A DNA stretch of 64,000 nt. Origin: Octopus vulgaris (taxonomy: Eukaryota). Where the stretch lies: positions 49,166,001 to 49,230,000 of the forward strand of contig OX597829.1 in the NCBI GenBank assembly GCA_951406725.2, in the 5' to 3' direction. Below, one piece after another: positions 1 through 11,995 of this stretch (its first letter is position 1; the number at the start of each line of letters is the position of its first letter). The notes under the pieces are model-generated. The model saw only the letters and a list, made by a program, of their open reading frames with translations, had not been told where the DNA came from and searched no databases. A program made the position numbers and the translations under genes.

Positions 1-25
<25 letters not shown>

Positions 26-32
<7 letters not shown>

Positions 33-226
33 AAAAGGAAATGAAGAAAATGCTGACAAATAATTGAAGTAATTTAATTAGGTGAAAGTCTTTATTGCGC
101 ATTTGTTATGCTTATTTTGATAAGCATAACAAATGCGCAACCGTAAAAAAGAACTTTCACCTAATTAAATTACTTAAATTACTTCAATTATTTGTCAGCA
201 TTTTCTTCATTTCCTTTTTTATATAT
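26..226. repeat. Long fold-back palindrome (~95 bp arms, 4 nt loop)
   Basis: aaaaaggaaatgaagaaaatgctgacaaataattgaagtaat...ttgcgcatttgttatgcttat-tttg-ataagcataacaaatgcgcaa...attacttcaattatttgtcagcattttcttcatttcctttt; flanked by (TA)n. Confidence 0.9.
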
Positions 227-520
227 CACCACTCGTGTTCGACATCTCCTTTTTTTAAATATATATATATACATATATATATATACCCAGGTTTTCACCA
301 CTCACCCCCCCCCCCCACCATCTGCATTCTCTAACCACACTTCTTTGACAGTATCCTGCCACTTATATTATGACCATCAAACCTCAAGGGTATTCCTTGG
401 CACTTGCCACCATCTATATCTCTCTCTGCCTTTACTTGACCATTCCATTTATATTCTGATCCCTGTCCATTGTGAGTATGCCCTGGCAGTCTGCCAACAT
501 CTATACCCTGCTGTCTCTAA

Positions 521-853
521 AGGTGCATGGCTTAGTCGATAGAGTGTCAAGCTTACGATCGTGAGGTTGTGAGTTTGAATCCCGGACCGGGCTGCGTGTT
601 GTGTTCTTGAGCAAGACACTTTATTTCATATTGCTCCAGTTCACTCAACTGTAGAAATGAGTTGCGACATCACAGGTGCCAAGCTGTATCAGCCCCTTTG
701 CCTTTCCCTTGGATAACACTGGTGGCGTGGAGAGGAGAGGATGGTATGCATGGGTGACTGCTGGGCTTCCATTAACAACCTTGCCCGGACTTGTGTCTAG
801 GAGGGTAACTTCCTAGGTGCAATCCCATGGTCAGTCATAACCAAAGGGGGTCT
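521..853 (+). mobile_element. tRNA-derived SINE (family D)
   Basis: A-box-like tggcttagtcg and B-box-like gtttgaatcc head, then gtgttcttgagcaagacacttt body; related copies at ~7018-7310, 23160-23475, 27437-27800, 27815-28150, 53810-54060. Confidence 0.8.
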
Positions 854-1439
854 CTGCAATACCCTGCTGTCTCCCACTCTCTCTCTCTCTCTCCTTCTGC
901 TTCACTTTCCTCAGGATGAGTAACCATGTCTCTCCTTCACAGCAGTACACATGTTTCTGTCTTCATTCCTGATCTCTCCTCTCTCTCTCTCTCTCTCACT
1001 CTAGCTGGGTAACCTAGTACCTCCTCTACAGCAAGACATCTGTTTCTGTCTCCCTGTTTCACAATAGCCTTTCATCATCATCATCATCATCATCAGTTAA
1101 CATCCATTTTCCATGCTGGCATGTGTTGGACTGTTTGACTGAGAACTGGAAAGCTGGGAGTCTGCAACAGGCTCCAATCTGATTTGGCAAGGATGCCCTT
1201 CCTAATGCCAACCACTTTGAGAGTGTAGTGGGTGCTTTTACATGCCACTGGCACAAAAGCAAGACAGGTGGCACTGGCATTGGCTATGCTAGAATGGTAA
1301 TTATTACATGCCAGTCAGATGGCATTGGCCATGCTCAAATGGTGCATTTTATGTTCCACTGGCATGGGTGCCAGTCAAGTGGAACTGGCATCGGCCATGA
1401 CTACACTTCACTCAGTTGCATAAATACACATATATATAT

Positions 1440-1820
1440 ATTCTTTTATTCGTTTCAGCCATTTTACTGCAGCCATGCTGGAGCACTGCCTCTTGTCGAA
1501 CAAATTGACCCCAGGACTTATTTTTTTAAGCCTAGTATTTTTTCTATCAGTCTCTTTTGCCAAACTGCTAAGTTACAGGGATGTAAGCATGCTAACACCA
1601 GTTATCAAGCTGTGATGAGGGAAGAAACACAGACACAAAAGACACACACAGATTTTTACACAACAGGCTTCTTTCAGTTTCCATCTACCAAATCCTCTCA
1701 CAAGGCTTTGGTTGACCCAAAGCTATAGAAGAAGACACTTACCCAATGATCCAAACAACAGGACTGAACCCAGAACCATGTGGTTGGGAAGCAAATATCT
1801 TACCACACAGCCACACCTAT
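1440..1820 (-). mobile_element. tRNA-derived SINE (family A), diverged
   Basis: Reverse-complement match to the family A copy at 13062-13474; further fragments at 1935-2310 and 5588-5830. Confidence 0.8.
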
Positions 1821-2109
1821 ACAAATACACACACACATACATATGTACACATGTGTCTAAGTGCATCATCATCATCATCTTTCCATTCTGGCATGGGTTG
1901 GATCGTTTGTGTGAGCATCACTTGACAAACAATGCTCATGTGTTTACGTTTCTGTAACTTAGCGATTCAGCAAAAAAGACTAGGCTTACAAAGAATAGGT
2001 CCTGGAGTCAATTTGCTCAACTAAAGGCAGTGCTCTAGCATGGCCACAGTCAAATGACTGAAACAAGTAAAAAAATATTTACACACAAGTGGTGAGGGGA
2101 TAGGGACAA

Positions 2110-2147
<38 letters not shown>

Positions 2148-2599
2148 GATGGGCTTCCACACACTTTCCATCTACCAAATCTACTCAAGGCTTTAGTCTG
2201 CTTAGGGCTATAGTAGAAGATGCTTGCTAAGGTGCTGTGCAATGGGACTGAACCTGAAACCACAAGGTTGCTAAATGAGTTTCTGAACCACACAACCAAG
2301 CCTGCACCTATTCAGAATTTAGTATGATGGATCATTGGAGTGAGCCCTGTGTATCACAAATATAATCCTGTAAAGCAGAACTGTGATTAAAGAGATTCTA
2401 TGAGTGGCCATTTTATGCATCCAAGAACACAAAACCAAAACATATGCTTCATTTTTCAAAGATGGAAATTTATAAGATATGAAAAAAAATACTTAGCTGC
2501 TATTTCTAGCATGTGTGACCAACATGGAGATTACTGAGTTGGTTTATTAAACATGGTTGTTACATGGGTAGATAGATGATAAAAGAAAACTCGACTTAC

Positions 2600-2833
2600 C
2601 ACTTGCCTGTCACATTGCCAGCATCACAGTGCAATCTTTCTGGCAGCGGTTTCCAAGACTGAGCCATGTCAACAATGTCGCTTGCATCAAGAACACCATA
2701 TCCAAATAAATGGTTGAACTGAAGTCCAGCTCCATTTGCGGTCCAGTGGTGATGAGAAGAAGCATCATAGAGTTGTCGGCGTTTTGAAGTCAAAACTGAC
2801 AAATGTTGCATGTCACGCCATGTCAGATCATAG
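2600..2833 (-). CDS. PCSK2: PC2 exon, end of catalytic domain and start of P domain (equivalent to vertebrate exon 11)
   Basis: 234 bp, ttgtag...GTAAGT; (N)YDLTWRDMQHLSVLTSKRRQLYDASSHHHWTANGAGLQFNHLFGYGVLDASDIVDMAQSWKPLPERLHCDAGNVTGK; LTWRDMQHL and FGYG motifs. Confidence 0.96.
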
Positions 2834-3011
2834 CTACAATGGTAAAAAGAAAAAAGAAAATGTACATTTATATAGACATAGAGTATATGTGCATGTATTT
2901 GTATGTGTGTGCATGTGTTTGTTGCTTGTGTGCATATTTATATATATATATAAACACACTTCTTTCTATATACATATATATGTGTGTATGTATATATATA
3001 TATATATATAC

Positions 3012-3193
3012 AGTCGCCATGATAGATCGGTAGCCACTACACACATTCTTTTTCCCTCCTCGTTTTTTTCTGTGTCCTTTTCTGTAGAAGAGCATAGGCT
3101 CGAAACGTAAAAGACTTTTTCAATTCCTAATACATCTGTTTGTTTTGTACACTACCTGTCTTTGTCTTTTGTTTTTTTCGTGAACTCTCCCCC
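3012..3193 (+). mobile_element. Short (TA)n-embedded element with variant hammerhead motif
   Basis: tttt-CTGTAGA-a-gagc-atag-gctc-GAAA-cGTA-aaag at 3078-3113; a related 5'-truncated copy is inverted at ~21258-21368. Confidence 0.55.
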
Positions 3194-3541
3194 TATATAT
3201 ATATATATAGAGAGAGAAACACACTTCTTCATATATACATACATATATGAATATATATATATATATATCTTCGAAATGCAGAGTAGACGAAACAGGGACA
3301 ACTGAAGAAGGGGAATATTCCTTGTGTTGTATGTCTTGTACTCTGTTTATTTGTTGTTTGAAAAAAAGTTTATTTCCATGTTTTTGTTTTTATGTTTTCA
3401 TTTCTCATTGTACTCAATGCTTTTTTGGTGTCCTGTACCAATATATGCATGTATATATACATATAAATGTAGGTATGTACATATATGTACGTATATATGC
3501 ATATGCTTATATATATATATATATATATAGAAACACACTTC

Positions 3542-3622
<81 letters not shown>

Positions 3623-3749
3623 ACACACTTCTTCATATATATATATAGAAACACACTTCATATATATATATAGAAACACACTTCTTCATATATATATATA
3701 TTTTGTTATATTTCGGAATGGTCATATTGCCAGTTTAGCCAATAATATA

Positions 3750-3992
3750 TAATGAAAGAATGAAAATGGAGCATTATGGATGCATATATAATTTATTTGT
3801 GATATTATGAGGTTGAAAGGTTTTTATAAAAACAATACAAATAAATTATAAAGCTCTAAAAGAAATGGCAGATGCTAAAAACCTGCAAATAGGTTTTGAT
3901 TCATGCTCTCATGATATCATACAACCTCATAATATCATAGAAATAAATTATCTACACATCCATAATTCCCCATTTTCTTCCTTCCATCATTA
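3750..3992. repeat. Degenerate inverted repeat (arms ~3750-3815 and 3922-3992)
   Basis: attatggatgcatatataatttatttgtgatattatgaggttg versus caacctcataatatcatagaaataaattatctacacatccataat. Confidence 0.75.
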
Positions 3993-4344
3993 CCAACAAT
4001 ATGAACTACCATAATAATCCCTAACATATATTGCCAAGATTTTCTCCTTATATGATAGTGACTAATCAGTGAAATGTTTGGAATGTTAAATCCCTAATGA
4101 GGACCTGACATCCTTGAATTGACAATATATGTAAGGAGAACAAAGATTTATGTATCCAGTTTTATTCTGCAGTTAATCATGTCTTTTCATTTCTGTACCT
4201 ACATATGCATCTGCTGCAACTGAGTGCACATTGCAAAATTTTGCATCTTGCTGTGCATTTTGGTGTTATTTACTGATGCAACTTCTTCATATTAAATTAT
4301 ATATTGCAATATATATACAATGACATGCTTTATTCATTTATGGC

Positions 4345-4572
4345 GTGGCTGTTGCCAGTACCGCCTGACTGGTCCTCGTGCCGGTGGCATGTAAAAGCAC
4401 CCACTACACTCTCGGAGTGTTTGGCATTAGGAAGGGCATCCAGCTGTGGAAACTCTGCCAGATCAAGATTAGAGCCTGGTGCAGCCATCTGGTTCGCCAG
4501 TCCTCAGTCAAATCGTCCAACCCATGCTAGCATGGAAAGCAGACATTAAACGATGGTGATGATGATAATGAT
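4345..4572 (+). mobile_element. RTE LINE 3' tail fragment ending in (GAT)n
   Basis: Same tail as the RTE at 30451-31765 (aaaagcacccactacactc...ccaacccatgctagcatgg...aaacgatgatg). Confidence 0.8.
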
Positions 4573-5010
4573 ATTCTGTCTCATATTCATGTTGTACCAG
4601 GATTTCACATCTCTCTCTCTCTCTCTTTCTCTCTTGCTTTCCAGATGGGTAAGCCATATATTCACCTCTTCAGTAAGACTCTTGCTTCTCTCTCTCTCTC
4701 TCTCTATCATAGTATCTTAATCCTCCAAATTATACTCCACTTAATTGAAGGAGCTCACCCTGCAGGCATTTGACAACCTCACTGGTGCCAGTATCATGCA
4801 AAAAGCACCTAGTTCATTAAGAAAGGTATCAAGCTGTAGAAACCATACCAAAGCAGATTCAGAATCTTATAGAGCCCTCTGGCTCATCTGCTTTTGTCAA
4901 ACCATCCAACCAATGCCAGCATGAAAAGAATGTTAAATAAGGAAGATGAATATTAATGCTATTGTAGTGCTTGATATCCTGAGATAGAGCTGGTTACAGT
5001 ATGAGTACAC

Positions 5011-5239
5011 TTAACCCTTTAGTGTTCGCATTATTCTGCCAAAACTAATCCTTTTTTATCCACATCGTTTTGAACTAATCATGCATTATCTTGTAGCTAT
5101 GAGATTTTGATGAGGTAGCTGTTAATTTTTAAAACAATATTGTAGGGTTGGTGTGAGAGACCAGATCTGGCCAGTTTGAACATAAAACAGGCAGAATACT
5201 TTTGGCCGGATATGGTCGGTTTAAATGCTAAAGGGTTAA
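5011..5239. mobile_element. piggyBac-type MITE family 1
   Basis: TTAA-cccttta...taaaggg-TTAA terminal structure; inverted copy at 29823-30052. Confidence 0.85.
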
Positions 5240-6224
5240 GCATCTGAATTTACTGGGCCCAACATAATTTAAATGTACATATATCTACATCCAAACATGC
5301 ATCTGCGGCTCTGTCTTGACATCAAAATGTTAGTCGGGAGTGTCAAGTCATACAAGCCATATCATTCATTTCCAGTACTCTCCAAAAACATGTCTGGTGG
5401 CTATGGGGAAATGTCACATACCTTGGAAACAGGTGTGGATTGATTATAAGATGGGTGTCTGGCTGAAGAAAAATAATCTGCAGCAAATAGACTGTCTGAT
5501 TCATGGCAAGCATGGAAAAATGGACATGAAAACAAAACCAATAATACAGTATATATACTTCACCACACACTAATAACTATCCTCTACCAGGTGCAGGCAT
5601 GGCAATGTGGTAAGAAACTTGCTTCCCAACTACATGGTTCCAGGTTCAGTCCTACTGCATGGCACCTTGGATAAGTGTCTTCTACCATAAGCCCAGACTG
5701 ATCAAAGCCTTGTGAGTAGATTTGGTAAATGGCAACAATAGTAGACACTTGCCCAAGGTACTGTGTTGTGAGACTGAACTCAAGACCACAAATTCGGGAA
5801 GCAAGCTTCTTACCAAATAGCCATGCTGCACTTATTTTCAATATTGGTATTGGTTACATCAATCTCAGGTCATGTGATGCAAAGGTCGGTGCATTCCTAT
5901 GCAGATGACAATATCATTTATTTCTCCCAAGCAGTTCACAAATTACAAGCATTGTTCAAACACCTTGCACCAAACCTGCACTGAATCCATGAACAGAATA
6001 CCTCAAAAACATCATAAAAAATGGGGAAAATGGCATGGCAATGTTTCCTTCTTCAAGAATGGATATGCGCAATTATTGAACATAGGAAGAAAAAAAGTTA
6101 TCTTGCACCATAAAATATGAAGATCGATGAGAATAAGTTAAAAATATAGAGTGAGAGAGGTAAAGAGAAAGAGAGAGAGAGAGTAAGGTATATTAGTACA
6201 ACTTTATTTATGTAGTATACTTAC

Positions 6225-6325
6225 TTAGCCTCGAGGGCAAGAGCAAATACCCCGGCAGCTTCTGGAGCTGCAGCAGAGGTCCCTGAGTGAGTTGTAGTGC
6301 ATTTGTCATACAGGTCTGTAGTGGT
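6225..6325 (-). CDS. PCSK2: PC2 exon with catalytic Ser (equivalent to vertebrate exon 10); not in the ORF track
   Basis: 101 bp, tttccag...GTAAGT; [33 protein letters not shown](N); subtilase GTS motif; phase 2 joins in frame with the next exon. Confidence 0.96.
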
Positions 6326-6434
6326 CTGGAAATAGATAATAATTATTTACAACTTGCATTTTGTGTTCAACTATGAATGGGTAAAGAATAATATACCAAG
6401 TGTGGTATATCTTTAAATAACATATGCTGTGTCA

Positions 6435-6662
6435 TTAACCCTTTCGTTACTGTATTTTTGTTGAGATGCTCTGTGTTCCTTTCAATTACTTTAAATATAA
6501 CAAAGAATTTAATAAAATAACTTAGTTATCATTAAGCTGGTGTTAGGAACATAAATTGTGACTAAGGTTTGGTGGAAGATTTTAATTCAAAACTTATGAA
6601 AACAAGACATTTGTACTCAGAGCCAGAGCCGGTTTCAGCCGGGTTGGTAACGGAAGGGTTAA
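6435..6662. mobile_element. piggyBac-type MITE family 2
   Basis: TTAA-ccctttcgttac...gtaacggaaggg-TTAA; inverted copy at 17445-17672. Confidence 0.85.
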
Positions 6663-7859
6663 ACAGATAATGGTTTCAATTTTTGCCACAAGGGCAACAA
6701 TTTTTTTCGAGGGTAGGGGTGGGGGATGAGTCGATTATATAACGTGTCCCCCCCTCCCCTGTGTTCAACTGGTACTTATTTTATCGATCTTGAAATGATG
6801 AACAGCAAAGTTTACCTTGACAGAAATTGAACCCAGAACGTAAGGATAGACAAAGTGCAGGTAAGCATTTTGTCCAGCATGCTAACGATTCTGCCACCTC
6901 ACCACCTTATCATTAAACAAATGATACACCTTTATGTTATACATGGCATATCTTTAATGCATGAGTGGTATATCTTTAGTCTACAAAAGTGATATTTCCT
7001 CAGACTACAAATAGTGAGGGCATATAGCTTAGTGGTAAGAGTATTTGGCTCATGATTGTAAGGCCATGAGTTCAATACCAAGTGGTGCATTGTGCCCTTG
7101 AGCAAAACAAATTTATTTCATGTTGATCCAGTTCACTCAGCTGGCAAAATTACCTGTAATTCAAAGGGCCAGCCTTGTCATATATCTGCATCATATTGAA
7201 ACACTCTGAGAGCTACATTTAAGGTACACCTGTCTGTGAAATGTTCAGTTACTTGCACATAAATTTCATGAATATCAACTACGACCCACGCTGTCATAAC
7301 TGATGAAGTAACAGTCATAGTACAAGTGGTATCTATTTAGTTTACAATATTGCTTTTCCCTATAAACTGTATCACTAAAACTATATCACTACACGTGATA
7401 TAGTTTTAGACTACAAATGTTATATCAACACACTACATGTGGTACAAGTTAACATAACACATGTTTAGAATCATGTAGTATATCTTTAATCAACATGTGG
7501 TGTTTCTATAGTCAATATGTATTTCTTTAGACAACAAATAATATATCACAGCAAGTGATATCTAACACTACAAAAGGTATATCTTTAGTCTACAAGAGAT
7601 ATATCTTCATATTCTACAAGTGGTATATCTTTAGTTTATCAGCTCTACACTATAAGTGGTATAGCTTTACACTTCAAGTGGTATATTTTTTATATTACTA
7701 GTAACATGTCTTTAATCTAAAAGCGATATAGAGTTGCTTTTCAAGTAGTTTTTCTTTATACAAATGTTGCATCTTTGGATCGAATAATCCTTCTGTCTAT
7801 GACCATATTTTTAAACAGGTGTGAGATTAAAAGAAAATGAAACATTTGAAACAAATCAG

Positions 7860-7899
<40 letters not shown>

Positions 7900-7998
7900 C
7901 AATTGAGGATAAAATCTTTAAAAGAAATTATCAGTAGTCAGCGTGAAAAACCTCGTAAGAGAAAAAAATCCGTAAATTCTTCCTCTTTGAAAATATTC

Positions 7999-8226
7999 AT
8001 TTATATTATATTGAGGGTACTACTATTCGTAGATACCAACATGCTAAGAGGGACCAATGCGGTCAAAACTACTAAAAATAAACAAAACTGAATTCTTTTT
8101 TAAAATGATGTGTTTTGAAGTTTTGCATTCGGTAAAATTTTGTTTATTTTTAGTAGTTTTGACCGCATTGGTCCCTCTTAGCGTGTTGGTATCTACGAAT
8201 AGTAGTACCCTCAATATAATATAAAT
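7999..8226. repeat. Near-perfect inverted repeat, ~90 bp arms with ~50 bp spacer
   Basis: atttatattatattgagggtactactattcgtagataccaac...aaataaacaaaa mirrored at ~8137-8226. Confidence 0.9.
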
Positions 8227-8619
8227 ATATATATATAAATATTTATTTATATTTATACTGTTGTTTCTGGGGAGGGTCATTCTCTTTTGGTGCTTTATCT
8301 AACACACTCACCGGTAAAATTTCCACTTATTTCCTTCTTTATTTTTCTAAAATTTTCATTGTGTCTTGCAACCTTTTCAATAGTCTTGACTCTGTCCGTT
8401 ACTCACACTGCATTCCTTTTTGTTTGTTTGTGTGCATTAGTGTGGATCAGTGTGTGTGTGTGTGTGTGTGTGCCTATACATGCATATATGTATGCATGTG
8501 TGTGTATGCATTATGTTTGTGTGTGTTTTACAACTCTGTACCATGTTTATATGCATGGATGTGCATCACCATATGTGTGAACGCGTGTCTCCATATGTGT
8601 CCTTGTGTGATGTAAAGTG

Positions 8620-8654
<35 letters not shown>

Positions 8655-8739
8655 GGTCATGTCTTTTAGTCTTCATTTGTATGTGTGTGCTTGTTTGTTC
8701 ATATAACCTATGTAACTATCCGTCTGTATGAATGGTAAG

Positions 8740-9372
8740 ATAGATTCCTAATGCTGAGCCAAGTGGCAAGAGCCCAAGGAGTAGACCAAGAATTAAATAA
8801 TTGGATAATATCCATAGTCTTAGTAAGTGATTCTTGGGGATCCATTTAGAAAGTGTAATGATAATTGCTTCTGCTAGGACTCTATGGAGGAGGAGGGGCT
8901 TGAGGACTTTATCCTTACACCTGGCAAGAGACCTAGGAGTAGACCAAGAATGGAATGTTTGGATAATATCCATAGTCTTAGTAGGTCATTCTTGGGAATC
9001 CATTTAAAAAGTATAATGACAATTGCTTCTGATAGGACCCTATGGAGGAAGAGATGCCTGAGGACTTTATCCCTATGTCTGGCAAGAGACCTAGGGGTAG
9101 ACCAGGAATGAGATGGTTGGATGATATCCATAGTCTTTGACGGTCATGCTTGGAAATCCATTTAGAAAGAATAATGAGAGTTGCTTCTGTTAGGACCCTA
9201 TGGAGGAGGAATTGCCTGCGGATTCTATCCTAACAGCTTCTGATAGGACCCTATGGAGGAGATGCCAGAGGGCTTCACCATACACCTGGCAAGAGACCTA
9301 GGGGTAGACCAAGAATGGAATGGTTGGATAATAGCCATAGTCTCAGTTGACTGTGCTTGGGAATCCAGCCAA
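8740..9372 (+). repeat. Tandem array of ~158 bp units derived from an RTE-type LINE ORF end
   Basis: tggcaagagacctagg starts at 8764, 8922, 9080 and 9287; translates GKRPRSRPRMECLDNI...ASDRTLWRK, the RTE C-terminal motif. Confidence 0.8.
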
Positions 9373-9408
9373 AAAGTATGCATAAAAATAATACAATAAT
9401 TTACTTAC

Positions 9409-9624
9409 AACGCCAGCGTCAAGTGTCATTCCTTTGCCATTGCTGAAAGTGGATGCCAAAGTGGAAGAACAAGATTCATCATATGCAGCAGTCTGTCCAT
9501 CATTAGTGGCAGAATTAATGGAAATGGTCCACATACTGGCAGCATAACCATCACAGTTACAATCATCATTTGGGCCACCATCACCGGAAGCCCATACGTA
9601 GATACTACCCTTTCCATTACGACC
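9409..9624 (-). CDS. PCSK2: PC2 exon with oxyanion-hole Asp (equivalent to vertebrate exon 9)
   Basis: 216 bp, phase 0/0, ttccag...GTAAGT; [72 protein letters not shown]; ASGDGG (Asp instead of Asn) is diagnostic of PC2 among kexin/furin proteases. Confidence 0.97.
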
Positions 9625-9761
9625 CTGGAAAGAAAAAAAAATTAATTAAAAATCAAATCATTTGTACAGGTCATTAGCAGCCTAATTTCATTTGGAAAAT
9701 TAAATCAAATGAAGTTAATTACACAGGGAAGCCATCTGAAACAAAAAACAACAGTCAATGA

Positions 9762-10527
9762 TTAACTCTTTAGCCTTCAGATTACTCTGTCAAATGTCAT
9801 TCTAATTTATCCACATTGTTTTCAATTAATCATGCATTATCTCATAGCTTTGAGATTTCAATATTGTAATTGTTTATTTTCACAATGACATTGTAGGGTA
9901 GGTGTGAGAGACCCTATTTGGCTAGAGAATATCTGGGTTGGATACAGATGGTTCAACCCTTCACCATTCAGATTACTCTATCAAATATAATGCTTATGTA
10001 TTCACATTGTTTTGAATTAATCACACATTATCTCATAGCTTTGAAATTTCAATGTTATGATTGTTTATTTTATGAAAGACATTGTAGGTGAGATGTGAGA
10101 GGCTGGATCTGGCCAGTTTGAACACAAAACAGAATATGTGATCCAATATAATTGATTTAAATGCCAAAGGGTTAAAATGCACATTAGATGTGCCATGAGA
10201 CTTATTTCTGTATTAACCAATTAAATTGATTATTTTTAGAATGACATTTTAGGGTAGGTGTGAGAGACTGGATGTGGCTAGCTTGAACCTAAGACAGGCA
10301 ATATGATTGGACCGAATACAACCAATTTAACCATTCAGCATTCAGATTATTCTGTCAAATGCAATGATTATTTTTTTCACTTTTTGCATTATTTCATGAT
10401 GCGATTGTATATTTGTAGAATGACATTATAGGATAGGTGTGAGAGGCAGGATCTGGTCAGTTTGAATATGAAAGATAAAACATATATACAAGCTGAATAT
10501 GGCTGGTTTCAATGCTAAAATGCTAAC
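9762..10527. mobile_element. Chain of ~4 diverged piggyBac-type MITE family 1 copies
   Basis: ttaac...ttcagattactctgtcaaatg...gtagggtaggtgtgagag units start near 9762, 9953 and 10327, with a partial unit near 10220; similar dimer at 36052-36498. Confidence 0.7.
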
Positions 10528-10869
10528 ACAGAGAACATTAAACATATTGTTAGGAATAATTATGAGGTACAGAAAGAACTCAATATAACATTAGCTCAAC
10601 AACTGATAGTATTTTTAAAATTCTGGCAAATATGGAAGACAACTCCAGACAGGTTTCAGTCTTTTTAGAGTGCTTCAGCTTCATCAACGACAAGATGTGC
10701 CTATTTGGGTCGTAGGCCTTGGGTGATAGGCTACCCTACTTGAGTGCATAATGCAAAGATCCAGAGCAAATACCAAGAGTCATCTTGTCTAATACTCTAG
10801 AAAATGTGATATTCAGCTACCCTTCTTTCTTAATGTATTTATTGATTCTGTAAGGACGAATAGCAAAAC

Positions 10870-11320
10870 TGACTTTAATGGAAGAATGATATGGTTAGAT
10901 AATATCGATAGTCTCAGCTGGTTATGATTGTGAATCCAGCTGGAAAGTGTAATGATGGTTGTGTCTGATGAGACCCTAGGAAGGGGTGCCTGAGGATTCT
11001 ATCCCTATGTCTAGCAAGAGACCTAGGGGTAGACCAAGAATGGAATGGTTGGATAATATCTATAGTCCAGTTGGTCATTCTTGGAAATCCGTTTAGAAAG
11101 TCTAATGACAATTGCTTCTGATAGGACCCTATGGAGGAGGAGGTGCCTGAGGACTCTATCCCTATATCTAGCAAGAGACCTAGGGGTAGACAAAAAATGA
11201 GATGGTTGAATGGTATCCATAATCCCAAGTTGACTGTCCTTGGGAATCCAGCTAAAACATTTAATGACTGCTACTTCTGATAATATGTTATAGAATGGGG
11301 TGTCTGGGGACCATCTTTAT
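10870..11320 (+). repeat. Second array of the ~157 bp RTE-end-derived unit
   Basis: ctagcaagagacctaggggtagac at 11011 and 11168; same unit and orientation as 8740-9372. Confidence 0.8.
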
Positions 11321-11464
11321 GACCCTCCCAGGAATAGTAGACAGAGAAAATGGATGAATAAATGGACACATTCCACTTATTCAAGAGAGTATTTTCAGAG
11401 CTCTTTTTTAAAGATACCCTGGATAAGGTGAATGACTGAACTTTATTTTTGTATCTTCAATAGC

Positions 11465-11995
11465 ACACACATATGGACAAGGATAGCTGTGTGCAAATGG
11501 ATGAGGACAGCTGCATGCATATGGATAAGGACAGCCATGTAAAGAAGTGCCAAGCTCTAAATGTGGAGGGTACGTGTGGAAGGGGTGGACCCAGAAAGAC
11601 ATGGGATGAAATGGTAAGAAAGGATCTTCAGATGCTGGGCCTCACTGAGCAAATGACAAGGAACCAGGAGATGTGGTGATTTGCTGTTATTTGATAAGAT
11701 GCATCAAGCTAAGCAAAACCACTGTCTTCCACACATACAGGTTTATCCTTTCAGGTGCCAGTGCACATAAAAGGCACCTGTGCCAGTGCTGCATAGCCAC
11801 ATCTATGCTGGTGGCACATAAAAAAACACCCAGCACATTCTGTTAAGTGGTTGGTGTTAGGATGAGTATCCAGCTGTAGAAACCATGCCACAACAGACAA
11901 ATGGAGTGTGGACAGCATCCATTGACCAAGTCCATGTCATACCATCCAACCCATGCCAGCATAGAAAGCAGACATTAAACGATGACGACGATGGT
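11465..11995 (+). mobile_element. Old RTE LINE 3' fragment
   Basis: MDEDSC...VKKCQALNVEGTCGRGGPRKTWDEMVRKDL, homologous to 31064-31741, followed by the tail and (GAT/GAC)n. Confidence 0.85.

Noticed and set aside
3271-3445. CTGAAGA followed by a ggaat/attcc hairpin in a TA-flanked island
   Set aside because: No downstream GAAA box or cleavage triplet, so a hammerhead cannot be built
3247-3679. YIYI/CVCV/THTH-rich ORFs here and throughout the track
   Set aside because: Translations of dinucleotide microsatellites and SINEs; recurring near-identical peptides reflect repeat copies, not a gene family
10643-10692. Minus-strand TTGATGA...GAAAcctGTC
   Set aside because: First box mutated and no convincing stem I or II
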